Source: Planctomycetota bacterium (GTDB taxonomy: Bacteria > Planctomycetota > UBA1135 > UBA2386). From it: a DNA stretch of 64,000 bases. A program made the position numbers and the translations under genes. The DNA lies in the NCBI GenBank assembly GCA_046290465.1, contig JBKAGP010000001.1:1920001-1984000 (forward strand). Direction: 5' to 3'. Positions within the stretch are counted from its first letter, which is position 1. Every line of letters starts with the position of its first letter. Positions 40,314 through 50,172 of this stretch are shown in pieces. The notes beneath the pieces were generated by a model. The model did not search any database, was not told where the DNA came from, and saw nothing but the letters and a program-made list of their open reading frames with translations.

Positions 40314-43075
40314 GTGCGCGCGAACACGCGCAGCGCCGTCACGACCATGTCGGGGAACAGCGCGCGGTTGTAGGTCATCCGGAAGCGGAAGCCGGTGATC
40401 GAGTCGAGCTGGATGCCCGGGCCCGAACCCGAACCGACGCCTTCGCGCCACGGCTTGATCGTGCCCTCGATCGGGGTCGTGCCCGACTGGTCGAGCTCGG
40501 CGCCCTGGAACTCGATGACCACCGGCAGCGTGATCGGGCCACCGACCTCGAAGGCCTTCTGCGTGCCCGCCGCACCCGAGTCGGTGTAGGTGATGTCGAC
40601 CACGCCGTCACCGTCGGTGTCGACGTCGAGTTCGTAGCGCTCCCACGTCGGCGGGAACACCAGGCCGGTCGCGTACCACAGCGACGCGTCCCCCGACAGG
40701 TCGTCGCGGTCGGTCAGCGGGCCGCTGTTCTCCCCGTTGACGAACGACGGGAACGACGTGCCGCCGAAGGCGACCACGCCGTTGGCCTCGAGGCGGAAGT
40801 AGCCGTCCGAGCCATTGCCGGCCTGGCCGGTCATCGCCTGCAGCGTGTTGACCATGAAGCCGACCTGGCTGCCCGCGGCGCCGCGGGTGTCGAGCGTGCC
40901 GCCGAACGACAGGTCGCGGCCGGCCTGCAGGACGAACGAGCCACCGGAGCCACCGCCGCCGGGCGACGAGATGCCGTAGGTGTCGGTCGTCGACGTGCTG
41001 TTCGGGTCGTCGCCCGAGATCACCACGCCCTGGCCACCGCGAGCGGTGAACACGGCCGTCGCGGCGATGGTCATCGTGCCGCCGCAGCGGATCGCGGCAG
41101 CGCCGCCACCGCCGGTGCCGGCGTGGCCCTTCATCCAACGCTCGGTCGGGTTCGGACCGATCGCGAGCAGGCCGTAGCCGTGGCTGCCACCACCACCACC
41201 GCCCGAGCCGGCGACCAGGAAGTGGTCGAGCGACGTGTAGCCGGGGGGCGGCGAGGTCGGCGGGTAGGGCATCAGGCTGAACGCCTGGCCGCCCGCGACG
41301 ATCGGCTCGCTGATGATCGTGTTGGTCGTGTTGGTGTGCACCGGCGTCGCCGCCTGGCCACCGGGACCGTTGAAGCCGCCACCGCCGCCACCGGGGCTGA
41401 AGTAGGCGCTAGAGACGTTGCCGACCGTCGGGAACGGCGCGCTGCCCCAGGTGCCGGTGGCCGGCGTCTGGATGCTGCCGACGCCGCCGGTGCCCGCGGC
41501 GTTGCCGGCGTAGGCGTGACCGGCGCGCAGGCCGATGTCCTCACCGGGCTGGCCGTCGGTCAGGTTGATGCCGCCGACGATCAGCGGGCCGGTGTCGTCA
41601 CCTTCCTGGCCGCCGTTGCCGCCGCGACCGGCGCCCGGGCCACCGAGCGTGCCCTGCTGGACCGCCGTGGTCGGGTTGCCGATGCGGGCGTTGAACGTCG
41701 AGGCGCGCAGGCCCGTCGCCGGACCCGAGGTCTGGATCGTGAACGGCAGGTCGCTGCCGTCGACGTCGATGGTGCCGGCGATGTTGACGTCGCCGCGCAC
41801 GCGCACGACCGGCGGCACGGTGCCGGTGAAGCGCACGGTCGTGCCTTCCGGAACCGAGAAGTCGGTGAAGAAGAACCGGCCGTCGGTGATCGTGTATTCC
41901 TGGCCGGTCAGCGAGACCGACTGCGGGATCACGAACAGGTCGGTGTTCCACTCGAACGTGTTGGCGCCGACCGGGTTGCCCAGCGTCGGGTCGAACGAGC
42001 CGTGACGGCCGTCGCCACCGATCAGGCCCGGACGCGCGCCGGGGCCCTGGGCACCGCCCCAGGTGCCGCCCGAGACGACCGGCTCCTGCTTGGAGTTGCT
42101 CTGGAACGTCTCGGTGATCTCGATCGGCGTCGAGACGCCTTCCTGCGTCAGGATGATGAACTTGGCCGGAACCGCCGAGCGACCCGACAGGTCGCGCAGG
42201 TCGGCGGTCACGCGCACCGTCAGGCACGAGTTGCCGGGCAGCTGCACCGACGGCGTGTAGGTCACCACCGTGACCTCGCGCTGGCCGACCACCTCGGTCG
42301 ACAGCTGCGGCAGGCCACCGAGCGCGATGCCCTCGGCCTCTTCGTCGCACAGGCCGTTCGGCAGCTGGCCACGCAGCACGACGCGGATCGGCGAGGCTTC
42401 GCCGAGCGAGACCTGCAGCGGGGTCGTGTCGATCAGCTCCGAGAAGCGCAGCACGATCGTCGGGTTGACCGGCGCGTTGGTCAGCTGGGTCGGCGCGATC
42501 AGCTCGACCATCGGCGGCGCCTGGTCCTCGTCGAGGATGCCGAGCGACGCCACCACCGTGCACGAGAACTCCTGCTCGAGGCCGTCGCCCGACAGGTTCT
42601 TGACGCTCTGCGCGATCGAGGGGCCGCCGGCCAGCGTGATGATGTAGCTCTCGTTGCGCTGGAAGCCGAACGTGCTGACGCCGTTGACCGTGGTCACACG
42701 CGGCACGAACACCACCTCCGAGCCGGTGACCTGGAAGTCGCCGGCCGGCGCGACGCCCGTCGCGGTGCGGATCGAGATGCTCGCGCCGTTGACTGTGTCG
42801 GGAGCGACCGCGTCCGAAAACTTGAAGCGGATCCGCTGGTTCTCGGCGATCTCCGTGACGGAGCAGCCCGTCTGCGAGCAGCCGAGGTCACAGCTGATGA
42901 TGCAGAAGGCCTGGCCACCGAGGCAGCGGATGCGCAGGGACGACGAGGCGTCGCCGCCGCCGCTGCCGCAGCTGGTCAGCACCAGCGCGGTGACGAAGAA
43001 CAGGATGGAGAGGGCGTTGCGCATGATGGATGCAGATTGGGTCGAGATGCGGTGCGTGCCGTTCGAATCGGACAT
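40310..43075 (-). CDS. Large Gly-rich lipoprotein with Ig-like domains, paralog A
   Basis: Lipobox LVLTSC; Cys cluster; two FS(D/E)-type Ig-like (Big_5-like) domains; GGDGRHG; polyglycine region. Start at 43075 (TGATG coupling) or 43024. Confidence 0.8.
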   Translation of the reverse strand: MSDSNGTHRISTQSASIMRNALSILFFVTALVLTSCGSGGGDASSSLRIRCLGGQAFCIISCDLGCSQTGCSVTEIAENQRIRFKFSDAVAPDTVNGASISIRTATGVAPAGDFQVTGSEVVFVPRVTTVNGVSTFGFQRNESYIITLAGGPSIAQSVKNLSGDGLEQEFSCTVVASLGILDEDQAPPMVELIAPTQLTNAPVNPTIVLRFSELIDTTPLQVSLGEASPIRVVLRGQLPNGLCDEEAEGIALGGLPQLSTEVVGQREVTVVTYTPSVQLPGNSCLTVRVTADLRDLSGRSAVPAKFIILTQEGVSTPIEITETFQSNSKQEPVVSGGTWGGAQGPGARPGLIGGDGRHGSFDPTLGNPVGANTFEWNTDLFVIPQSVSLTGQEYTITDGRFFFTDFSVPEGTTVRFTGTVPPVVRVRGDVNIAGTIDVDGSDLPFTIQTSGPATGLRASTFNARIGNPTTAVQQGTLGGPGAGRGGNGGQEGDDTGPLIVGGINLTDGQPGEDIGLRAGHAYAGNAAGTGGVGSIQTPATGTWGSAPFPTVGNVSSAYFSPGGGGGGFNGPGGQAATPVHTNTTNTIISEPIVAGGQAFSLMPYPPTSPPPGYTSLDHFLVAGSGGGGGGSHGYGLLAIGPNPTERWMKGHAGTGGGGAAAIRCGGTMTIAATAVFTARGGQGVVISGDDPNSTSTTDTYGISSPGGGGSGGSFVLQAGRDLSFGGTLDTRGAAGSQVGFMVNTLQAMTGQAGNGSDGYFRLEANGVVAFGGTSFPSFVNGENSGPLTDRDDLSGDASLWYATGLVFPPTWERYELDVDTDGDGVVDITYTDSGAAGTQKAFEVGGPITLPVVIEFQGAELDQSGTTPIEGTIKPWREGVGSGSGPGIQLDSITGFRFRMTYNRALFPDMVVTALRVFART

Positions 43076-45729
43076 CAGTTGCGGTAGACGACGGTGAGCT
43101 TGTCGATGGTCACGTTCGTCGCCACCGTGCGGTCGATGAACAGCATGTAGCGGTAGCCGTTGAGACCGTCCGAGGCGATGCCGGTCTGGTTCGAGCTGCT
43201 GCGGACCGAGCTGCGCCACGGGCGCGGCACGGCGTTGAGGACCTCACCGGTGGTGACGTCGAGGTTGGCGGCCTGGAACAGCACGCGGATCGGCGCGCCG
43301 ATCGTCGCCTCCATCGGCGACACGGACGGATCGTCGCTGAACGTCATCGGCACGCCGTCGACGGTCGCCTCGATCACGTAGCGGGTGAACTCCGGGCCGA
43401 AGATCAGCTCGGTCGAGTAGTAGAGCGACCGCATGCTGACCAGGTCGTCGACCTCGGTAAGCGTGCCGACGTTGTCGACGGTCGGAGCCGGCGACATCGA
43501 CGACAGGTCGCCGACGGTCGGCGCGGTCGGCTTCTCGAAGCGCACGAAGCCGGGGCCGCCGTCGCCGCCCTGGATCTCGACGATGCCGTTGTTCGGACCG
43601 AGGCCGTTGCCGCCCTGACGACGGAAGAAGCCACCGTTGCCGCCGCGCACGTCGATCTGGCCGATCAGCTCCGAGGTGCCCGCCGTCTGCATGACGATCG
43701 AGCCGCCCGAGCCGCCGCCCGCCGGCGCGACCTGCGCACCGGCCGAGGTGCCGACGTAGTCGAAGGCGCTGCCGCCGACCGCCAGCAGGCGACCGTTCGG
43801 ACCGACGCGGAACGAACGACCCGAGCGCAGCGCCATCGCGCCAGCGCCGCCGCCGCCACCGGCACCCGACGCCCACGACTTGGCGAGGCTGAGCGACAGC
43901 GTGCAGCCGCTGCCCGAACCGCCGCCGCCGGCGCCGCCGACGAGGAAGTGCTGCGAGCTCGGCTGCAGGCCGGCGCCCGGGAACGGGAACAGCTGGAACG
44001 CGACGCCGCCGGGGGCCGGCGGGCCCATGAACGTCGCGGCGTTCGCCAGCGGGGTCGTGCCGCTGAAGATGTTGACGACGCGGCCATCGTCCCCGGGCTG
44101 GTAGAGGCCGCCGCCGCTGCCGCCGGCCGTGGCCGACAGGCTGTAGGCGAGACCGACCGGCGGGTTCTGGCCGAACTGCTGGTCGGCGTCGAGGCCGGAC
44201 GCGGGGTAGAGCTCGGAGCCCTGGCCGCCGGTGCCGGCGCGCGCGCCGAGGTAGCCGTGGCCGGCGAGCACGTTGACGTCGTCGCCGTCGCGGCCGTTGA
44301 ACTGGCCACCGACACCGGTGCCGACGCCGGCGCAACGGTCGGCACCCTGGCCACCGTCCCCACCGAAGATGCCGCCCGAGGCACCCAGCTGGCCCGAGAA
44401 CGTGTTGCCGATCTGGTTGGTCGTGACGCTCTGGCCGTTGACCTCGATGTCGCCCTGGATGTCGAGGCGGCCGGCGATCGTGATCACCGGCGGCGTGCTG
44501 CCGACGAAGCGCAGGCGCGCGTCGCCCGGCACGACCATCTTCGAGAAGAAGTAGCGGCCGTTGGTGATCGTCACCGCGGTGCCCGTCGTGGTGTTCTCCG
44601 ACGGGATCACGGTGTTGTCCGTGTTGAGCTGGTAGACGCGCTTGCCGTCGACGATCTGCTCGGTGTCGAACGCCAGGTCGAGCGAGAACTCGCCGTGGCG
44701 GCCGTCGCCGCCGATCTCGGCGAACTCGGCGATGCCGCCGGTCCACGTGCCGGCCGACGCATCGGTGTCCATCTGCGACTCGTCGTCGAAGTTCTCGATG
44801 ATCTCGAAGTCACTCAGCGGCACTTCGACCGTCTTGAACGCGAACACCTGCGGCTGCGCGGTGCGGCCCGACAGGTCGGCGACGCCGTTGGTGACGCTGA
44901 TCTCGATGCAGACGTTGCCGGGCAGCTCCTGCGCCGGCGTGAACGCCAGGATCGACACGCCGCGCGCGGCGTCGAAGCTGAGCGCCTGCGAGCCGGCGAG
45001 CGTCTGCGGCTGCGACTCGGGGTCGCACTCGGTGCCGCCGTTGCCGTCGGGACGGGTGCGGCGCACGGTGAACTCGACCGGGCTGTTCTGGCCGCTGAGG
45101 AACGGCGTGGCGTCGATCAGCTCGTTGAACTCGAGCACGATCTCGCTGTCGAGCGGCGCGGCTTCGAGGTTGGTCGGCGAGACCAGCGTCGCGCTCGGCG
45201 GCACGCCGTTGAGGTCGACGATGCCCTTGGTCGACTGCAGCGTGCAGGTCAGCGTCTGCCCGAACGGCTTGCCCGACGTGCTGCGCACGACCTCGGACTG
45301 GTTCTGGCCGCCGAGGATCGTCATCGTGTAGGTCTCACCCGAGGTGAAGCCGAAGAACGTCTGGCCACCCGAGATCGACAGCGTCGGCACGAACTCGACG
45401 CGGTTGTCGTTGACCAGGAACTCCCCCACCGGCTCGTCGCCGGTCGGCGTGCGGAAGCGGATCGACGAGCTGTTGACCGAGTTCTCGTCGACGGCCTCGC
45501 TGAAGAACAGCACGATGATCTCGTTCTGCGCGATGTCGGTGCGCGAGCAGCCGGTCGACGAGCAGCCGAGGTTGCAGCTCGCCAGGCACAGCACGCGCGA
45601 CGAGTCGCTCGAGCCGCAGTCGAATCCGGTGCTGCCCACCGTGCTGCCGCCGCCGGAGCAGCCGAAGCCACTCAGTGCAAACACCAACAGAGCAACGAGT
45701 AGCGCGTATCGAGAAACACCAACAGTCAT
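43075..45729 (-). CDS. Large Gly-rich lipoprotein with Ig-like domains, paralog B
   Basis: MTVGVSRYALLVALLVFALSGFGC signal; same architecture as paralog A. Start at ATG 45729. Confidence 0.8.
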   Translation of the reverse strand: MTVGVSRYALLVALLVFALSGFGCSGGGSTVGSTGFDCGSSDSSRVLCLASCNLGCSSTGCSRTDIAQNEIIVLFFSEAVDENSVNSSSIRFRTPTGDEPVGEFLVNDNRVEFVPTLSISGGQTFFGFTSGETYTMTILGGQNQSEVVRSTSGKPFGQTLTCTLQSTKGIVDLNGVPPSATLVSPTNLEAAPLDSEIVLEFNELIDATPFLSGQNSPVEFTVRRTRPDGNGGTECDPESQPQTLAGSQALSFDAARGVSILAFTPAQELPGNVCIEISVTNGVADLSGRTAQPQVFAFKTVEVPLSDFEIIENFDDESQMDTDASAGTWTGGIAEFAEIGGDGRHGEFSLDLAFDTEQIVDGKRVYQLNTDNTVIPSENTTTGTAVTITNGRYFFSKMVVPGDARLRFVGSTPPVITIAGRLDIQGDIEVNGQSVTTNQIGNTFSGQLGASGGIFGGDGGQGADRCAGVGTGVGGQFNGRDGDDVNVLAGHGYLGARAGTGGQGSELYPASGLDADQQFGQNPPVGLAYSLSATAGGSGGGLYQPGDDGRVVNIFSGTTPLANAATFMGPPAPGGVAFQLFPFPGAGLQPSSQHFLVGGAGGGGSGSGCTLSLSLAKSWASGAGGGGGAGAMALRSGRSFRVGPNGRLLAVGGSAFDYVGTSAGAQVAPAGGGSGGSIVMQTAGTSELIGQIDVRGGNGGFFRRQGGNGLGPNNGIVEIQGGDGGPGFVRFEKPTAPTVGDLSSMSPAPTVDNVGTLTEVDDLVSMRSLYYSTELIFGPEFTRYVIEATVDGVPMTFSDDPSVSPMEATIGAPIRVLFQAANLDVTTGEVLNAVPRPWRSSVRSSSNQTGIASDGLNGYRYMLFIDRTVATNVTIDKLTVVYRN

Positions 45730-46232
45730 GTTCGCTCCGGGTTGAGAACCGCGTCGGGAGGGGACGGTCTCAGCTTGTTCTGTAATCGTCGGATCGGGGT
45801 CCACCGGAACACACCTCACCTTGGCGGGCGAGGCCTGCTCGAAGCGGATCTGAGCACACGATGTCTTTTCGGCGTTCGAGAGGGGGAATCGAAAGCCTGG
45901 GGGACGAGGGCGCAGATCGGGCAAGGAAACCATACCGCAGGAGTTGCTGCAAGGTCGGCGTGGGCCGGTGGATGGAGAAGGGCGAGGGGGACGGGTCGGG
46001 TACTGTCGACAATTTCCATGCCGCGACCCCTGGATCCCCCACCGCCCGCTGGCGCTCGCGACCAAGCCACGGCACCATCGCGACTTGCGGCTCGCCGACG
46101 GTGCGGCCGGACGCCCCCGGACGGGCGTTCGCGATCGCTCACCTCCGGGGCGGGATCGCTACGGCACGTTGCATTGTTCGACATCGAACAGAGGGTGACG
46201 ACCGGATCCAGCCCATCTAAGTTGCCTCCGAG

Positions 46233-47324
46233 ATGACTTCCGCAGCTCCCGAACGCCGCTCGCCGGCGACTGTTCTCCTGCTGACCGCGCTGACCGGCGT
46301 GGTCGCGTTCACCGGCTACCAGTCCTGGAGCAACGGCCGCCAGCTGCAGGACCAGGCCGAACGGCTGGCCGCATCGCAGCAGACCGTCGAGGAACTGCTC
46401 GGCGAGGTCACGCGCCTGCGCATCGAGCAGAGCGTGGACGGCATGGGCGCGCCGGCGCTGATCGAGCGGCTGCAGACCTACGCGCCGCTGATGTCGGATG
46501 CGCGCGTGACCGAGCCCGACTACAAGAACGCCAAGAAGGAGATCGTCGCGATCTTGCGCGCGTTCGAATCGCTCGACAAGGAAGAGGCTTGGGGACCGGT
46601 GGTCGCGCGCCTCGAGGAGGCCGATCCGCGCAAGGACTTCGAGGAGGTCAAGTGGCTGCTCGAGATCGCGGTGCGCGTCGACCTGACCGCCGGCAAGCAG
46701 ATCGTCAAGGAGGTCATGCTCGGCCTGCGGCTGCCCAACCCGCGGCTGCGCTGGTTCGCCTGCCGGGTGATGACCGAGCGCGACATCCAGCTCGCCCGCC
46801 AGCTGATGCGGCGGATCCTCGACACCGAGTCGGCGCGCGGCATCAACACCGACCGCGCGGCGACCTACGGCATGGCGGTCCCCGACAAGGCGGCCTACGC
46901 GGTCACCGGCTTCAACAACTTCGTCAGCCGCTACCTGCAGACCGACGATCCGAAGACCGAGGACACGCTGATCCAGCTGCTGCACCGCGTCGAGCACGAC
47001 CAGATCACCATCCAGGAGTGCGTGCGCGAACTCGGCCGGCGCAAGAGCAAGCGCGCCGTCAAGCTGATCAAGAAGCTCTACGACAACCCGCCGCTCGCGC
47101 AGCAGAACCCGCTGTTCTTCGGGCACGTGATCGACGCGATCGCGACCATCGAGGGCAAGGACTCGATCGAGTGGCTCGAGTCGAAGCTGCCGACCGCGGC
47201 GACCGACGTGGTCGCCGCGCGCATCCAGAACGCGCTCGACTGCGTGCGCGCCGGCAAGCCGGTGATGCCGCAGGTGCCGCAGGCCGGCATGGGCAACCGA
47301 CTCAACGCGGCGCGCGGCCGCTAG
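46233..47324 (+). CDS. Hypothetical membrane-anchored protein (TM, coiled coil, HEAT-like helices)
   Basis: N-terminal TM; heptad segment LQDQAERLAASQQTVEELLGEVTRL; all-helical C-terminus; strong coding bias. Confidence 0.75.
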   Translation: MTSAAPERRSPATVLLLTALTGVVAFTGYQSWSNGRQLQDQAERLAASQQTVEELLGEVTRLRIEQSVDGMGAPALIERLQTYAPLMSDARVTEPDYKNAKKEIVAILRAFESLDKEEAWGPVVARLEEADPRKDFEEVKWLLEIAVRVDLTAGKQIVKEVMLGLRLPNPRLRWFACRVMTERDIQLARQLMRRILDTESARGINTDRAATYGMAVPDKAAYAVTGFNNFVSRYLQTDDPKTEDTLIQLLHRVEHDQITIQECVRELGRRKSKRAVKLIKKLYDNPPLAQQNPLFFGHVIDAIATIEGKDSIEWLESKLPTAATDVVAARIQNALDCVRAGKPVMPQVPQAGMGNRLNAARGR

Positions 47325-47341
47325 GGTGCCGCGTCGCGGCG

Positions 47342-50017
47342 TCAGTTCTCGTAGACGATCGTGACGCGCTGCACGACGACCTGCTGCGCGAACGCGCGGT
47401 CGACGACGACGCGGAAGCGCACCGCGTTGCCCTGGTCGCTCTGCACGCCCGGCTCGAACTGGGTCGAGCCGACGCGCGGCCGCCACGGCCCCACCACGGC
47501 GAACGCGCCGGTGGCCGGATCCTCGGTCGCAGCCTGGAACACCGCGCGCAGCGGCGCGCCCGGACCGGCCATCATCGGCGACACCTGCGGGTCGTCGCTG
47601 AACGACAGCTGCTGGCCGTCGACCAGCGCGTCGATCTGGTAGCGCACGAACCGCGGCGGCAGCGGCAGGCCGGTCGCGTAGAACGTCGACTGGCAGGCGA
47701 CGCGCAAGTCACGTTCGAGCAGTTCCCCGACGGTCCGCGCCGCGGCTGGCTGCACCGTGCCCTGCAGGGTTGCACTGGTGCCGGCGAGCGCCTCCTGGCG
47801 CACCAGACCGGCGCCGCCGTCGCCGGCGCGCGTCGACAGCGCCGCGCCGTTGGGCGGCGACAGGAAGCCGCGTTCGTAGAGGCCGCCGAGACCGCCGCGC
47901 ACGTCGAGCTGCCCGAACACGTCGTTGCTGCCGGCCGACTGCAGCACGATCGCCCCGCCGCCGCCGCCACCGCCGGGCACGCCCTGCACCGCAGCCCCGG
48001 TCGCCGTACTGTCGACGGTGCTGCCGCCGCGGGCCACGATGCTGCCGTCCGCGGTGACCAGCAGCGAGCCGCCGGCGCGCAGCGCGACCGCGCCGCCGCC
48101 GCCGCCGCCACCACCGCCCGGCGACCACTGCGCCACCGAACTCGAGTTGAACGACAGCATCGTGTTGCTGGCCGAACCGCCGCCGCCACCGCCACCGAGC
48201 AGGTAGTGCTCGGAGCTGCGCGCGCCGGCCGGGAACGGCAACAGCTGCGGCTCGGGCGACGGGCCGGCCGACGGACCGAAGGCTTCGGTCCACGGGGCGA
48301 CGCCGGAGACCGGATCGGGGATGTTGTTGGACTGCGCCGCGCCGGCCGTGCCCGCCGACGCGCCGCTGCCGCCGCCGCCGCCGGCGGGCGTGCTCAGGCA
48401 GACCGCGAACGTCGACGCCGCCGGGTTGAACAGGCGGTCCGCGTCGAGCCCGGTCGCCGGCACCAGCTGCGAGCCGCGACCGCCCGTTCCGGCGGCGGCG
48501 CCGGCGTAGGCGTGGCCCGCCGGCAGGCGCACGTCGTCGCCGTCGCGCCCGGCGAAGGCGCCGCCGCCGGTGCCCGAACCGTCGGCCTGGTCGCCGCCGT
48601 CGCCACCGCCACCGCCGCCGGCGCCGCCGCGGCCACCGGGCTGGCCGGCCGGGTCGTTGAAGCCCGAGACGGCGACGACCGAACCGCCGGACAGGTCGAG
48701 TTCGCCCCGCACCTCGATGCGGCCCGCGACCGAGATCCGCGCCGGGCTGTCGCCGACGAACCGCACGCGCACGTCGGCCGGGATCACGAACTCGCTGAAG
48801 AAGAAGCGGCCGTCGGTCACCGTCAGTTCGCTGCCGGTGCCGGTGCGCGACGCTGGCACGGTCGTCTGGTCACAGTCGATCGTGTAGGTGTCGATGCCGC
48901 CTTCGACGACCGGCGTGCCCGCCAGCGACAGCTCGAACGCGCCGTGTCGGGCATCGCCGCCGATCGCCGCGAAGCGCAGCTCGCCCTGCCCCCACTGGCC
49001 ACCGGATCGATCCGCGTCGAAGCGCGCCTGGTCGGTGAACGCCTCGACGATCGGCAGCTCCGTCAGCGGCTGCGCGAAGGTCGTGAACGAGAACGCCGCG
49101 GGGATCGCCGAGCGCCCCGAGAGGTCGGTCACCGCCGAGGTCACCTCGACCTCGACGCACGCGTTGGGCGGCAGCGGCTGCGACGGCTGGAACAGGATCA
49201 CGCTGACCCCGCGCGCCGCGTCGAACTGCGCGAACTGCGAGCCGGGCAGCGCCTCCGGGGTCGACCCCGGATCGCAGGCCAGCCCGCCGTTGCCGTCGTC
49301 GACCGTGCCGCGCACGGTGACCTTCACCGGCGTCTCGCCGCCACCGAGGAACGGCGTCACGTCGATCAGTTCGCTGAACTCGAGTTCGACCAGGGCATCG
49401 GGCGCGACGTTGCTGGCCGCGATCGGGCTGCGCAGCGTCGCGACCGGCGGCGACTCGTCGAAGTCGACGATGCCGAGCCTCGACTGCAGCGTGCACGACA
49501 GCGTGCGGCCGAACGCGCGGCCCGACGTGCCGCGCACGACCCGCGCCGAGTTCTCGCCGCCGACGATCGTCAGCACGTAGGTCTCGCCGCTGGTGAAGCC
49601 GAAGAACGTCTGGCCGCCCGACACCGACACCGTCGGCACGAACTCGACGCGGTTGCCGACGACGACCAGTTCGCCGACCGCCGGCGCGCCGTTCGCCGTG
49701 CGGATCACGATCGACGAGTTGTCGACCGTGGTCGGGTCGAGGTTCTCGCTGAACACCAGTTGCAGGCGTTCGTTCTGCGCGATCTCGGTGCGGCCACAGC
49801 CGGTCGACGAACAGCCGAGGCTGCAGCTCTGCAGGCACAGCGTGTCGGCGCCATCGCCTTCGCAGCGGAACGTCTGCTCGCCGCGCGGCAGGTCGCCGCC
49901 GCCGCCACCACAGGACGTCGACAGGCTCGCCGCCGCGACGAGCATCAGGGACAGAAGGAACGGGACAGAGCAGTGGCGCGAACGCGCCGCGCGCGAACCG
50001 ACAGATCGGGCAGGCAT
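47342..50017 (-). CDS. Large Gly-rich lipoprotein with Ig-like domains, paralog C
   Basis: Signal ending LSTSC; collinear with paralog B (e.g. NRVEFVPTxSxSGGQTFFGFTSGETY). Confidence 0.8.
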   Translation of the reverse strand: MPARSVGSRAARSRHCSVPFLLSLMLVAAASLSTSCGGGGGDLPRGEQTFRCEGDGADTLCLQSCSLGCSSTGCGRTEIAQNERLQLVFSENLDPTTVDNSSIVIRTANGAPAVGELVVVGNRVEFVPTVSVSGGQTFFGFTSGETYVLTIVGGENSARVVRGTSGRAFGRTLSCTLQSRLGIVDFDESPPVATLRSPIAASNVAPDALVELEFSELIDVTPFLGGGETPVKVTVRGTVDDGNGGLACDPGSTPEALPGSQFAQFDAARGVSVILFQPSQPLPPNACVEVEVTSAVTDLSGRSAIPAAFSFTTFAQPLTELPIVEAFTDQARFDADRSGGQWGQGELRFAAIGGDARHGAFELSLAGTPVVEGGIDTYTIDCDQTTVPASRTGTGSELTVTDGRFFFSEFVIPADVRVRFVGDSPARISVAGRIEVRGELDLSGGSVVAVSGFNDPAGQPGGRGGAGGGGGGDGGDQADGSGTGGGAFAGRDGDDVRLPAGHAYAGAAAGTGGRGSQLVPATGLDADRLFNPAASTFAVCLSTPAGGGGGSGASAGTAGAAQSNNIPDPVSGVAPWTEAFGPSAGPSPEPQLLPFPAGARSSEHYLLGGGGGGGSASNTMLSFNSSSVAQWSPGGGGGGGGGAVALRAGGSLLVTADGSIVARGGSTVDSTATGAAVQGVPGGGGGGGAIVLQSAGSNDVFGQLDVRGGLGGLYERGFLSPPNGAALSTRAGDGGAGLVRQEALAGTSATLQGTVQPAAARTVGELLERDLRVACQSTFYATGLPLPPRFVRYQIDALVDGQQLSFSDDPQVSPMMAGPGAPLRAVFQAATEDPATGAFAVVGPWRPRVGSTQFEPGVQSDQGNAVRFRVVVDRAFAQQVVVQRVTIVYEN

Positions 50018-50172
50018 CGGATCCTCCGAAGTTGGCGGTTCGTCCTGGCGCCCTGCCGAAGACTCACCGTTCGGATGAGGGGCTGCCGGTACCTAGCCCG
50101 GCCGCGCGCGGAGGTGACGCGTCGCGCGCGGATTCCTGCCGGGCGTGCACTTGCGCACGCCGCTCGCGGCGA

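Noticed and set aside
46160..46180. Sigma54 -24/-12 promoters (CGGCACGTTGCATTG here; similar near-matches at 3565 and upstream of the pilin)
   Set aside because: The GG-N10-GC spacing is off by one, the invariant GG is missing, or the -12 TTGC is absent.
40310..50017. Gly-rich proteins as PE-PGRS, collagen-like or RTX proteins
   Set aside because: No PE domain, no continuous Gly-X-Y triplets and no GGxGxDxL nonapeptide arrays.
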